DNA from: Marsupella aquatica
Taxonomy: Eukaryota; Plantae; Marchantiophyta
DNA length: 64,000 bases
Direction of reading: 5' to 3'
NCBI GenBank assembly: GCA_973895155.1
Contig: OZ316893.1
Span: forward strand, 13,780,359-13,844,358
Below, piece by piece: positions 30,555-43,957 of this stretch; within the stretch, counting starts at the first letter, position 1; every line of letters starts with the position of its first letter. The notes under the pieces are model-generated. The model did not search any database, was not told the DNA's origin, and saw only the letters and a list, made by a program, of their open reading frames with translations. A program made the translations under genes and the position numbers.

Positions 30555-31650
30555 ATTTGGTGAGCTTTACTACAGTCGAATGGCACTTTTCTTTGTCTTA
30601 ATATATACTTCACCACTCTTTTTAGTTTATTGGTACAAGAATTTGCCATCTTTCTCACTCTTCTTTGTTTTAAACAGTCTTGGTATGTACAGTAATTTTA
30701 GTTGTTTATTATTGCAGTTTGCCATCTTTTTCACTCGTCTTCTCTTTGTCTCAATATATACTTCACCACTCTTTTTAGTTTATTGTCACAATAATTTGCC
30801 ATCTTTCCCACGCTTCTTTGTTTAAACAGTCTTGGTATGTATGGTAATTTTAGTTTATTATTGCAGTTTATTATTGCAGTTTGTCATTTTTTCACTCTTC
30901 TTCTCTTTGTTGAGCTTTACTAGAATGGCACTTTTATTCTTGTCGATATATACTCGACTACTCTTTTTAGATTATTGGTACAACCATTTGCCATCTTTCT
31001 CACTCTTCTTTGTTTAAAACAGTCATTGTTTGATCATGTATAGTAATTTTAGTTTATTAATATTGCAGTTTGCCGTCTTTTTCACTCTTCTTCTTTCTCG
31101 TGAGCTTTACTAGAGTGGCACTTTTCTTTGTGTAAATATATACTTTCACCACTCTTTTTAGTTTATTGGTACAATAGTTTGCCATCCTTCTCACTCTTCT
31201 TTGTTTAAACAGTCATTGATTAATCATGTACAGTAATTTTAGTTTATTAATATTGCAGTTTGCCATCTTTTTCACTCTTCTTCTTTCTCGTGAGCTTTAC
31301 TAGAGTGGCACTTTTCTTTGTCTAAATATTTACTTCACCACTCTTTTTAGTTTATTAGTACAATTGTCTGCCATCCTTCTCACTCTTCTTTGTTTAAACA
31401 CGTACAGTACTTTTGCAAGTCATTTTAGGTTATCACTATTGCAGTTTGCCCCACCTCTTTCACTCTTATTCTTTTTGGTGAGCTTTACTAGAGTGGCACT
31501 TTTCTTTGTTGAAATATATACTTCCCCACTCTTTTAGTTTGTTGGTACAATAGTTTGCCATCTTTCTCACTCTTCTTTGTTTAAACATGTACAGTACTTT
31601 GCCAGTTATTCTAGTTTATTACAATTTCAGTTTTGCTCTTCTTACTCTTC
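30555..31650. repeat. ~185-190-bp T-rich tandem array, ~6 units
   Basis: TGAGCTTTACTA anchor at ~30560, 30911, 31100, 31290 and 31479. Recurring TTGCCATCTTTCTCACTCTTCTTTGTTTAAACA. Confidence 0.9.
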
Positions 31651-34369
31651 TTACTCAAATATATGCCTTGCGCTATTCTTTGTAGTTGATCACTAAACTA
31701 GTTTGCATCACTCCAATTGTGGAAATGTATATTTTGCAACTCTCAAATATTTATTACTAGTTGACCATTTTTTCCACATTGCTTCATAAGCAAAGTAACT
31801 CTACAGTAGTTAATTCCCTTCCGCCCTCTCCTAGTTGGCTGTCCCAATACCCTGTCCTCGATCCTTGGTTGAGGGTGATGAGGTGAATTTGGGGGCAGTG
31901 ACAATAGTCCGATGATGAAAAATGTTAGGGTATTGACCGTTGGATCATTCCAACCAATCAGAGTTACTCTACTCAACCCGCAGTGGAAAAAGGTGGTGAT
32001 GTAATAAATAAACTACAAAGAGTGGCATAGTATTTAATTCGACAAATTTTCTTTTTTCTTTTTTTCCCTTTGCAAAGTTCTTTGGAGTTTGCTGTTTTTC
32101 CGCTTTGGACCTCTCTTTGATTTTTCTTCAGTGCAATTTTTTTTGGCCCTTTTTTGTAAACTTAAAGCTTGTATTTTAAATCTCACTTGCTTTTTGAGTC
32201 CTCTCGTCATTGGCCATGATTTCTTTTTAGCTACAAATTTGCACTATATTCTTACCCAACAAATATTTGTGCCACCAACCACTACAAGGAAAAATGGTCT
32301 GAAGCAAGTTGTCACAGGTCTTCCTTGTTTAGGACACTGGTCGGTAGATCTGACCATCACGTGAAACTACAGAAGATTAATGGTATATATTATGTGTCAG
32401 CGATGGCTACCAGTAATATACTTTCGTTGCACCATTTTATATTTTCCCCTTTTCCATTGTACCATCTTGACTCATCACCCTACCTAACATGGTCCAACAC
32501 TTTAAAGAAACCTGGTTATGGCAGTGGCTGATGTTGTGTAGTTACTTCAGTTAATTGAGGGTATTGTTCCATTCGGTTAACCAAAGTCCAATCCCTGGAA
32601 ATCCGAACGCCATAATTATTTCTTTATTACAATACCAAAGAAACCATTGGAATATCCAATGCCCAAATTGAAAATAGATAGTTGTGACTGACATGAAACT
32701 TTAGTAAACCTTCAGCAAGGCAATGAGGTCAATGAGTCTTTTATTATCAGGACTTCCTCTCATTGTACCTCTCTCTTCAAGTGTCTTCAGGGGCTAAAGG
32801 GCAACAACTTTACAAGGGTGCTAGATTTGTTCTCATCTGCCCCCATGCAAAATGGAGCAAAGCTTTTCTCAAGAGCTGTACTGCTCAGTACACTACCTTA
32901 TGACGAAAGAGAAACCAACCCAACGACACCAATTTCATGCAATTACTATTGGGGCACGTTGAGACAGTCACAGGGTTCCCACGGTCATTATAATTCCACC
33001 TGACTATTGGCCACAATTACAGTACATGATTATATGCTGTTCAGCAAGGAAAAAGGTAACAATTGAAAATACCAAAGGGAATTGTGCTTTCCCTTTCTCG
33101 GACAACGAAAAAAGACAGAAAGTACAATATGGCAGGTGTGGAGTTGCTAATCATTATGGGCATTTTTTGAATGGGCACTTCTAGAATTTGACTCGTGATG
33201 GACCGCCATATTTGCAAAATGATAGTATAGACTTTTGTAACTTGGATGTGCAACAAACCTTTTTTTTCTGGTCATATCATATCTACAATTATAATGAAGG
33301 ATCTAGTATTTTTTTTGTCCTTTGTCCCAATACAGAAAAACTCTTGGGCGGGAAATATCCACAGCCATTAGATTCTTTTGGCTGTTTTCCCTGACCATTG
33401 AAGAAGGAAATGGGCACCCCTGACTCATGTGTGCTTCCCCATAAATGTCCCGGCCCTCCTTGCACCGTGCAACGCATGAGCATAGGGCTCGTACTACATA
33501 TTACACCCACTGGTGAAATGTGGCAAGAAACCAGACAACCATCCAACAAGCGGCTTCTAACAAGCCCAAGCCCAAGAAGAGTTGATTCTGTTGGATATCA
33601 AGGGAGTTATTGAACTTCAAACTTTGTTGTTGAAAACATTTTCAAAAAGAGAAAGCTGTCAAGCAGTTAAAGTATAAAAGGTGTCATGGTCCATGGGAGG
33701 TACATGATTCATTGGCTTGGTCCATGGGTGCATCAGGTTTTGCACTACCAGGTTTGAATTTTTTTGCCACTTTGCAACTTCAAGTCACCAAAGTCTTCAC
33801 CATTTTGGGCAAAATCAGGGTTTAGTTTTCAATTAGCTACTTTTCCATCTAGCCAGTGACCCCATTAGTTAGACCTGACAGTTATCCTTGGATCTAGGGA
33901 GATATAGGTGATAAAAATTGATCTAGGATCAGTAAAGAATATTCTTAACATCTTCTCCTTCACACAAGGTGACATTTGCCACCTTGGCAAAAGAGAAAAA
34001 ATCTTGAAAATTACCCTGGACAATTCAATATGAAACCAGGAGAGATACCTCCCAATGCAAGCACCATAGCCCCATAACTTTCCTGCTTGTGTACATAATT
34101 TGTGCACATTGTATACACAACACAAACAAGATATATTTGAAATTCAAGTGTGTTGACCCTTTATAGAACCCATTGGGAACCACTTTTGTTTCTCATTGTG
34201 TTTTCATTTCATTGGCATTTTCTTGTTCAGTCTGCTTCCTGCTACCGTGAAGAAGTGTGAATTGCAAAGAAGGACCATCCAGACCATATCATTAAGACTT
34301 AGGTCTGCAATTTCTCCACTGTTGTCTCCTGGCCCCAATTTTTTATGGAATTATGTGTCACGGGTTGTA

Positions 34370-34900
34370 GGCAAAACATGTACACTCCTTGGCCTTACAA
34401 ATTATGCCCTGCAGCAAAGCCACTTAGCCCAAATGGACAAAGCATAATGTCTGCCTGGGGTTCATGATCTCAAAACTCACATTTATATAAAAATCACTCC
34501 CGGGCCTTACAAGCACACTCATTGGAGAAGCCAGCCCAAATAAACAAAAGCAAGTCTGCCTGGTATACATGTTGGACAAAACATTCAGAGTTCACATAAG
34601 GAAAACCTTATTGCTCACAGGCCTTGCAAAGAAGCACAACTCTGAATAAGAGTTTTTTTGGATGGAGATCTGTGATGGAATGATTTACAATGTGCACAAT
34701 GTATCCATTTGGACAGGCAGTTGGACACCCAACCCTCATAGACACTCATGGACAAATGAACTCTTGTGTTATAAGAATTTCAAAATCAAGTTATGAGAAT
34801 TCTGACACAAAATCCTGACAGGGTGGGCTGGACATCCGTTGTGAAAGGAAAGAAACTCTTTCGGTCCATTGAGAGAGAAGGTCTCTCAAGGATCGATGTC
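34370..34900 (-). repeat. Dispersed repeat related to 14480-15410
   Basis: Reverse-complement similarity in several blocks, with GGCCTT(A/G)CAA subrepeats. Confidence 0.65.
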
Positions 34901-35034
34901 CACTAGGTGTATCTCTTATGAAACCAGTTGATGTGAAGGCCAGTCTTAAAGAACTATAACCATAGCAACTCAAAAGAAAATGCTGGGCTCTGGGACACCC
35001 CTCCTCTCCCTCTCTCAGTCACTTTTCATGGTAT

Positions 35035-35800
35035 TACAAATGGGTCTCCAAGGCAAAAATAATCAAAGGAAATGGAAATGAGAGCTAACCAAGTGATGAA
35101 CATGGGAATTCGTGGCTATCATTCATCTGTCTCCTGTCTCTTTTTATGACATTAAACCACCACTGTCCATCAGGTTGTTAGGGGAGGACAACAAGTTTGG
35201 GGAGTACAAAATAGACCAGGTTTTGCTTGGGGGACAGTGGCGCTTTAAAGGTGGATTGCTATTGTTAAATTAATCAAAGAAAAATGGAAAAGAGAGCTCA
35301 CATGGTATTTGTAGTTATGACTCATCTGTATTCCGTCTCTTTTTTATGGCATTAAAGATGGATTTCCAGTGTAAAAATAATCAAAGGAAGGCGGAACAAG
35401 AGCTCACCGAGTGATGCACATGGTAGTAATAGTTATGATTCATCTGTATTCTGTTTCTTTTCATGGCATTAAAAATGGATCTCCAAGGCAAAACTACTCG
35501 ACGCTAGATTGAAATGAGAGCTCACCCAGATGCAACGGTAATCGAAGTCATGACTCGTCTGCATTCTGTCTCGTTTTATGGCATTAAAGATAGATTTACA
35601 AGGTCAAGATAATCAAAGGAAATTGTAAATGAGAGCTCACCGAGTGATGCGCATGGTAGTAATAGCAATGATTCCTTTGTATTCTGTCTATTTTGGTAGC
35701 ATTAAAAATGGATTTCCAAGGGAGGAATAATCAAAGAAAGCTGGAAACAAGAACTCACCGAGTGCTGCACATGGTATTAATAGTTATGATTCGATCTACC
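35035..35800. repeat. ~120-bp tandem array, ~6 units
   Basis: Recurring ATAATCAAAGGAA...GAGAGCTCACCGAGTGATGCACATGGTA..AATAGTTATGATTCATCTGTATTCTGTCT.TTTTATGGCATTAAA. Confidence 0.9.
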
Positions 35801-38796
35801 TTAACAGATGTGACTTTTCGAAGTGATGATATAATTGGAGGCAGGGAAAGATTGTTGGTATTGATTGTGTACTCAATAATTATTACTTGCATTCACCCAT
35901 ACTTTAAATGCAAAATTTCCCCCACAAGTCAGGTATGGAAGCATTGATCGATTTTGATTGCTACAAAATGATCTCTCCCCGATCAGTATTAATCTTGGGC
36001 ATGACCAATTCCACTTTGGCTATGAAAGAGGGCAATCTTATAATGATGCATAACACTGTTGTCAATTAATGAGGAGGGCACGAGTGAATGAGCCTTGATA
36101 AAGTGAGGTGCTCAAATAATTTTTGCTGTATTGAGTGTCACTCAGCACTGAGACTTTTCAAGCCAAAGAGCAATATCAAGGCCCATTAATGAACCACAAA
36201 CCTTTCCTCCCCCGTTTGTTCCCTCGTGTTTCCCGGCTCTCGTGTTTACCAACTCCACACCTTTTCCTTCTGCAATTTCTTTGTAAGTGACAAAGCACTC
36301 TGGGTGTACTCTACGTGGGGTGGAGTTTGTTTAAATCCGTGACACTGTGCCGCCCCACCAAGCGCTGCTCCCACTGGGCTACCCCAGGCTTGGCTAAAAA
36401 TTGAACTATTCCGCATATAATATTTAAGGTTAAGCTCAAGCCAGACAGGATCCAGGTAGGATGCATTGGCCTTTGCTAACCATGTGCCATGTATCAATAC
36501 CTAGCCTCAACACTAGCTAAGAGTTTGCTCAGTTAAGATATTAATGACAGTGCATACCATCGTAGGCACCAAGATACAAGATTATGGCAAAACTAACCTC
36601 TGCCCGCCCCTACACCCCAAACCTTAGGCATTACCTTGTTAACTTAACAGCCACCCACTTTTTCCCTTCCTTTCTGTGAATGAAATTTTACTCGAGTTGT
36701 CCCCTTACTTTCACCACACCTTGAGGTCCTTGGTAACTATTCTTCTTTAAAACCATGTGAATCGTTTGAGGTGGTAAGAGGTAAATTCTCAGAGACTGGA
36801 TAACAGCATCTTGGGCCCTTGTGAAACATCTGACATTTAGTAGATTGTCACCTTTTTTATCCAAATACATATTTTGCCACTCTTTCAAGACATTTGACTT
36901 GATGAGCCCTCGGCTCTTGTAAAGCCAATCCATTCAGTATATACTGGGATACTGTAGATTAATGAAATAAACTTATAAAAGTAGATGTAATGAAATAAAA
37001 AGGCAATGGCCCCAACTTCTTGTAAAGCCACCATCACGAATGAGATTTCAACTTTCAAGGGAGTCTACAATAACTCACTCTTTTCGAGACAGAGTGACCC
37101 CCTTATCGATTACCGTTTCAGGCCCTCGTTGGGGACCCAGTTAGTGTTGACAGCCAATCTGGAATCAATCTGGAGGAGAGATTCAATAATGGGTCGATCT
37201 CAAACCCAGGGAGTTGACCACTTCCCACTTCCCCTCCCACACGAGAGAGCAAACAGGACTTGCACGAAAATGATGCCAGTGGAAGAGAAACCTCGAATCG
37301 TGAGTGGAGTAATATAAAAAAAATGGTTGCTTGGACACCCAATGTAACGTAAATGCAGCGGTACAGAATCCCAAATCCTCGAGAGGATGCATTAGTAATC
37401 ACCGGCTGGGACAGAATCGATGGTGGAAGACTCCCCCGCAATGCGAGCCCATTGATCAGAGCCCCCAATGGCATCCAATGGCTCAGTTCTCCAGTCGTGA
37501 GCTCTCAGACAAGATAAGTGTAAGTTGAACTCCAATCTGGCTGGGCTATGGCTGCTGTAAAGTAGGCAGTTTACCGTAGGCGCACCTTTTGTTCATTAAC
37601 GGTTCTGTTCATTCTCCCTTCCCGTCTTCGTGGAGCTAAATGCTGGAGATTAATACACTACACAACCCGATGATAAAGAAGTCAACAGGAGAGCGAGTCG
37701 ATGCAGGGCAGCCGGTTGAGTGACTGCAATTGTGAGCCCGGTGTGGTGTGTGATCGGATGAGATGGATGGCATGTGCATGTGACTGGCAAGGAAACAATA
37801 ATAATTCCAGAGAGAAATGTGAGAATGATACAGTTGAGAGAATGGAAGAAGGGCGGGCGGAGAGCCATTGGAGAACGGGCACAAGTCACAAATGAAGAGC
37901 GTGCTGGGTACGTCAGGACAGTCCCCTTAATGAGTTTTGCATTCAAGCATGAATGCACATTATTTTGGTCTCCTTAAAACGAGCGCGGCAGGGACGACGA
38001 GAGGAGAGTACGTTTATGGATATTGATGATAGAATGAATGAATGAATGAATGTCGGCCGACCTCGGCCTCCCCTGCTCCCGAACGATCTGTGTCCCATGG
38101 CATGCGCGTTCTTTTGGGTTCCTTTAGTCCTTACTCATTCCGCATGTGCAATTTCCCTTCCCGTCAGCTCCCGACATTCGGGGAATGCAAGTCGTTTGTG
38201 CAAGTACCAACTGTTCGCACTGTGTGATTAGAATGACGCAGGTGGAACGGATCAGGCGGGAATGTTAACGCCTTAACTGGACGGGAAGAGTGAAGGAGCA
38301 TTCGAACGAATGAATTTGCACAGCGAGCACTGTTACTCGGTTCCCAATGAAGATCTGCAAATTGAGTAACGAAGACAGAGAGACAGAGACACACCAACAC
38401 AATCATTCTAAACTCGAGGAGAGGAAAAGAAACGCGAACCAGCCATTTTCCTTCGTTTGAATTTAGGGGTGATTTATTTTGTGCGTCTTTTCTACTATCA
38501 GCCTTCCTGTTAGTAGCTCCGGCAAAGCGGTGTCCCTGGGTAGAAGATTGGAGATTTGTTTTCGTAATGCAATGATCGAAACGGGTTTCACAGAACTTGG
38601 GAAGACCAAAGGAAGTATCAATTCCTAGATCGTGGATTCTGTACTAATTGTTGCCAACAATATTCGCACTCACTGCTAAGTAACGCTTCAATTAAGAGTC
38701 GGAAGGAATGGGACACCTTGACATTACGAACCTCTGATTATTTCAGTACGGTGCACGCGGGTTTAGTCTCTCTCTACGAGCTGCCTGATTTGTATC

Positions 38797-38890
38797 CTGT
38801 TTCTCTGAATGTAATTAGATGAAAATTTGTTTCTCTGAATGTAATTTAATGAAAATTTGTTTCTCTTAATGTAAGGTAAATGAAAGTTTT
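38797..38890. repeat. ~30-bp tandem repeat, 3 copies
   Basis: TGTTTCTCTGAATGTAATT(A/T)(G/A)ATGAAAATT units. Confidence 0.85.
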
Positions 38891-41809
38891 CAAGGCAAAA
38901 GAATCAGTGGAAAGTTTCTTGTTGTGCCGGGATTTCCTGTGTTTGCTCAAATCCCAAGTGCGATATGAGATTTCATGAGACAACTCAATGTCAACAGCAG
39001 AGGACACCTCCATCTGCCAAAATTCTGTCTAGATTGCCGTCGAGAAGATCTCTCGTACAAGAAGTACCGTATTTTCAACTACAGTATATGACAGTGATTT
39101 AGGAGTCAATTGACTTGGTTTCAGCGACTCAGTTACAGTAGCGAATCAGAGAGAGCGTTTCTTCGTTAGTGCTTGTACTCAGTTCAAATTAAAGGGACAA
39201 ATGAATGCCAATAGAGACGCGTCCTCTCTGTTTCAGTTGTAAACTCGCAGTCAGAAGAGACCCCATTACTGCAAGAGGTGAGGCTAAATGCATCATTGTC
39301 AACGCCCTCAGTGCATTCGAGAACCTTCTTGGGACAGACTATCAATCTTGTTGTTAGAAGTCAGGGGATACAGACCCTATGTTCTAAAGAAGCAGCATGG
39401 ATACGTGTCTGACAGAGAGAAGTTGAGCTTATAAGACCTTGCCAAAGTACAACTTACATTTGTCGACCTTCGAATAATGGCTAGCTCCAGAAAGAAGAAC
39501 AGTACTCTCTCTGAGTTTCCTTGTCTTCATACTCCAGATACACATGAAATAAAAGTTGCCTCGATGCGCATTGAGTTTCTTGATGATGCCGTTAGTTTTT
39601 TGGCCCCTTCCTGTACTCTCTGCGTCTCACATTCGTTTCTGACTAAAAAGATATTCGTCTGTGTTTGTAGCCTGTCCACACTCAAATGACAGCATCTCAT
39701 CAGAAATTCCATTATTGAGCATCATACAGATTCTAGCTCGTAAAGTTTGCTCTCGAGATTCCTGGAGACTTCGTTGTCCTTTCGTTCGGAATTTAATACT
39801 CTTCGAAGTGCAAACTAAACTTTAGCTTAAAATATGACTTTTGGTCAATTTCTTCTAAGATTTTCGAGGGGCACAATTGAATGATGCAGACTATTGCAGG
39901 CAGGCTTAGAGAGTGGGTTTTGCGCAGACTGAGTACCGACGACCAACCGCTACCTGAGGCTGGTTGAAATTGGCTCAAAATATTCACATTTGGAATAACT
40001 CAGGACCTCCACAGTTCCTGGTAGACCTTGGCAACTCTGGGCAAAGTCATTCAAGGCGAGAGGGACATTAACACACTGTCATACACTTATTTAGTTGGGC
40101 AGGCGCAGTGCCAACTGGTATTCGTTCAATCACTGTTGCATTATTATTATCTTCAATATTGATAGATATCATGACGTTGTGATGGCAGGCTTGCTCGAAG
40201 GACCACCGTGCCTTTCTGACATGTTCATGAGCATCATCCAAGCGTGCTACTCTACCGTATCCGATCAATGAACTCAATTTATTTCTACAGCTGTACCGAT
40301 ACCGTAGACGGAGACAACTCCCTGCAGGCAGAGATGGCAGAGATGCCAGGCAGCAGGCAGCAGGCAGGCAGGCAACTTACTAGCGGTCATCAACCACGTG
40401 AGGTTGGTACCCCTACAAACAAACTGTACACTTTCCTACTCAAAGGTCGACGTTGGTTGGTCTGTCTGGTATATGTCCATACATCATGTATACGACTGCT
40501 CTCGCGGCAACTATCGCCCAGGAATTTTCCCAGATAGTTCACTACTACCAACTTTGATCTACAACTGTACTCACACGGTATCCCCATGCTTCAGCCCGTG
40601 ACAATCCAGGAGAATAATAGAGTCTTGATCCACGCATGCAAATCTCAGACTGCCTGACGCACCTGGCAAATAGCACTCACTCAGCCGCACCCACTTTTCA
40701 TTCATGATCAGAGGATCGATAGAGACGAGAACGAAGAAAAGGTGGTAAGTTAAGATTGAACCTCGGAGGATTCTTCCACCCGACGCTCTGTCGATCTAAG
40801 ACTGGATTCCAAGTAGTTGGCCACGACAGTTACCGGAACCTGGTACCCCAAATGCTGTGAAGGGACCCATTCTATCTGATGTTGACATGTTAGCAATTGG
40901 ACCCATCTATCCTAACAATGTAGCAACCCGTGTAGCAAGTTCGTCGGAGATGTGGATGCACGGATCATTCCATGAAATTGCCTACAAAGAGAACATAAAC
41001 GCCTTGCAGATGAAACGAGAGTTGCTGCGGCAGCAGGAGCGCGAACCAATCCTCAATGTCCCCAGGATTCACCAACACTACAGTAACTTGATTTTCCATT
41101 AACGGCCGGCACTTCCAATCCGCTCAGCTGCAGGGCTCGACTTTAACCATATGACTAGCATCGATCTGTCATTTAGTCAGACCACTGACATGAACCCATT
41201 GGAGAGGAGAGAGATATACACTCAAAAGCAATATCAAATTCTTAGATTCGCAGGCGTTGGGCTACTGTAGAAGTCGGCTATGCTTGATTGGCAGTTCCGT
41301 ACCAGCTAAGTCCCCACGGTCTTCCATATTGTAGAGCATGGTCCGTTCAATTCGTTCCGCATGGGACCCCTACGTAGGTTCTACGATTCACCAGAAGCAG
41401 AAGATTTTTCTTTGGCATTCCACAGAGAACTTTATATACCACTTTTCGGACAAACGAGTATATTAATTGTCTGCTGATTGTAAATATTGATCTGAGAGTG
41501 TAAAGTACTTCCCTGAACAGCACTCGAGAAGGTGTGTGGAGCCGCGTTAGGAGCAAGGGCACCTTGCATATTCTGTAGATTGTAGAATGTCTTGGCCCAA
41601 GAGAAACTTCAAAAGTAACGCCCAATGCACGAATTTCTGTCTGTGTGATTAGGCCGGCAGCTGGGAAGGGCTGAACTGCTCGCTCGTCCACTTGCGTGTA
41701 ACGGGAACAAATCAAAGCTTTTATCGAAATCTTGGGTGTAGTGTGGTATTATTCGATTCTTAGATAATTCGTAGATTTCTTTCATTATCGTCTCCGGGCT
41801 AACGGAATG

Positions 41810-42108
41810 GCTTATAAGTTGTAATAATTTATTAAGAAAGGTAACATTGACAAGCGCTCCGGGCTAGAGCTCAACAGCGCGTATACCTTTATGTAGCGAA
41901 AACCATGGAGAGGTACAAGCAAGGAGCGATTCAGATATATGATCTGGACACAGTTCGATGGAACCCCGTGCTGAGGTAGTGACTTATAACTGTACTAATT
42001 TATAAAGAACAAGCAACATTGACAAGCCCTGCAAGCCACAGCTCGACACTGTTCATAATTTCAAGGAGCGAAAACTATGGAGAGGTACAAGCAAAGAGCC
42101 AGATTCAG
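41810..42108. repeat. Diverged ~175-bp tandem duplication
   Basis: CTTATAA.TGTA.TAATTTAT.AAGAA...AACATTGACAAGC...AGCGAAAAC.ATGGAGAGGTACAAGCAA.GAGC..GATTCAG at ~41810-41936 and ~41982-42108. Confidence 0.8.
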
Positions 42109-43243
42109 CGACGTCTGAATCCAGGTCGATTGCACAAGGTAACCGGACAGACAAATAAGCTCCCCAGCAATCACCGGTCCAACGGCTACAGATGTTTATG
42201 ATTCGAAATGAGATGCGAAATGAGAAGATCTGACTAACTCAGCATGGATCAAAATGACCACCCACGGGCTTCTAGACGCACCTGAGACAATTGGACGAGG
42301 AGGATATCGATATATCTACTTGCCGGAACTCGCTATACGTTCTCCAAATGATAATGAAGGGCACGCATACGAGTGGACGAGTGAACTTAGCTCGGTGCTA
42401 ATTATTGACCGACCCCGAGGAATCACTCAGATGATCAGAGCCGATGGCCCAGCTTGCATTAGTTCTCCATCGGCAATGACTGAAGTCCCGATGCTGACTT
42501 TGGAGAAGACCTATGCAGAAGGGGACAACGGAAGTCCGAAGCTACTGTACATGGAACGGATCGAACGCGATGCACACTCAAGAGATGGAGTTGATAAGGA
42601 CGAGAATGCGAAGCCCGAACTGGCAAGACCAGATTTAGAGTCAAAGAATAAATATAAGTTGAATTTAATTCTTGTGGTAGTATTGATCCACAAATGAATG
42701 GGCGCGGCCTACATATTGCACATACTTCTCGTACATGTATTGATTACAAAGGAACCAAATTTTCGCCGACTCTCCAGAGCCCTGTCACGGCAAACTGGCA
42801 GTACCCCCTTTCCCGGAATGAAGTTACTGAACTGAACTCGAATGACCCAATCAGCAGAGCATCTATGCATTACACGGGCGGAATCGCTGGCTGGCTGGCT
42901 GGCTGGCATGTAAAAGAATAGGTTGGTGGATGCCGGCTAGCAGGCTCATTCTAAATCATGGTTAATAAATGGCAATATGGGCGACATTACTTTACAGACA
43001 AGTGATCATCGTTCGAGCTGTCAAATTGCAGCTACACCTGCAGGAGTTGCGACCCCTCTCATCACAAAGTTTCTCTATATAGAGAGAGAACCTAATCTAT
43101 CTACGACAGAAGAAGCATAGTTAGCAACATATATAGATTTTATTAGTTGTAACTTACAAGGCCTCCCGTGACACATTGAAATGCTGCGGGGCATTGGAGA
43201 AATGACTTAGGGCCCTGCAATCCTATAAGGGGCAAAAAGAAAA

Positions 43244-43957
43244 TCAAATCTTTTTGCCCAATGTGTGCTTATTATTATGCATCCAAACTTTGAGGACGTG
43301 CCGCTTCACGCCGATGTCAGCACAGAATGCCTGTACTGCCCCTTCGTCGTGCTTTTGAATTTTCCATCCCAATTTGTCTGCAAAGGAACACATCTTCTCC
43401 TTTTGCTCCGCTGAAAACTTGGTACGAAATCGCTTCTTCATCGCCGCGGCCGATGCACTTATTCCCCCATCCTGATCATCCGAGTCTGTGGGCCCGTTGC
43501 TCAATGCCATGAGCATTGGCGCAGGGGGTCGAGCGATGACAGTGGTGGCAGACGGAAGTGCTGCCAACGGAGTGTGCGGTACAGCTCCAGGAGTCCGTTT
43601 CCTCTCCTTTCGGGTGTTGTGACAATCGCAGGAGGGCTCCCCCTCCACCTCTCTTCTGTGAAAGTTTCGGTGGCAATCACATGCCGCACACTTCAGCGCG
43701 TCCAAGGTTCCTTCTTCCCCTCCGGGCATGAATTCCCCGCATCCATCAATGGCGTGGCCCCCAATGCTGGCAGCATGGTTTTTGAGGCATTCTCTGTACT
43801 TAGTTATCTTCTTGACCTTAGCTTCTGAAGGTCGGGTTTCGTCCATCCCGGTGCCGTTGCCGCTGGTAATCAGCTTCAACTTCGAAGACTCGTGAAGGCC
43901 AGCGAAGCCACCTGACATCGGCATCTGAAGATCTCCCTCATGTGCTCCCAAATCCAT
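43244..43957 (-). CDS. ZHD: Zinc-finger homeodomain (ZF-HD/PLINC) transcription factor, 237 aa, intronless CDS
   Basis: ZF-HD dimerisation domain [50 protein letters not shown] and homeodomain [16 protein letters not shown]...LGWKIQK...[10 protein letters not shown]. Confidence 0.97.
   Translation of the reverse strand: MDLGAHEGDLQMPMSGGFAGLHESSKLKLITSGNGTGMDETRPSEAKVKKITKYRECLKNHAASIGGHAIDGCGEFMPGGEEGTLDALKCAACDCHRNFHRREVEGEPSCDCHNTRKERKRTPGAVPHTPLAALPSATTVIARPPAPMLMALSNGPTDSDDQDGGISASAAAMKKRFRTKFSAEQKEKMCSFADKLGWKIQKHDEGAVQAFCADIGVKRHVLKVWMHNNKHTLGKKI

Noticed and set aside
33040-33600. Possible MULE/FAR1 transposase relic
   Set aside because: Only vague similarity, with no diagnostic motif I can defend.
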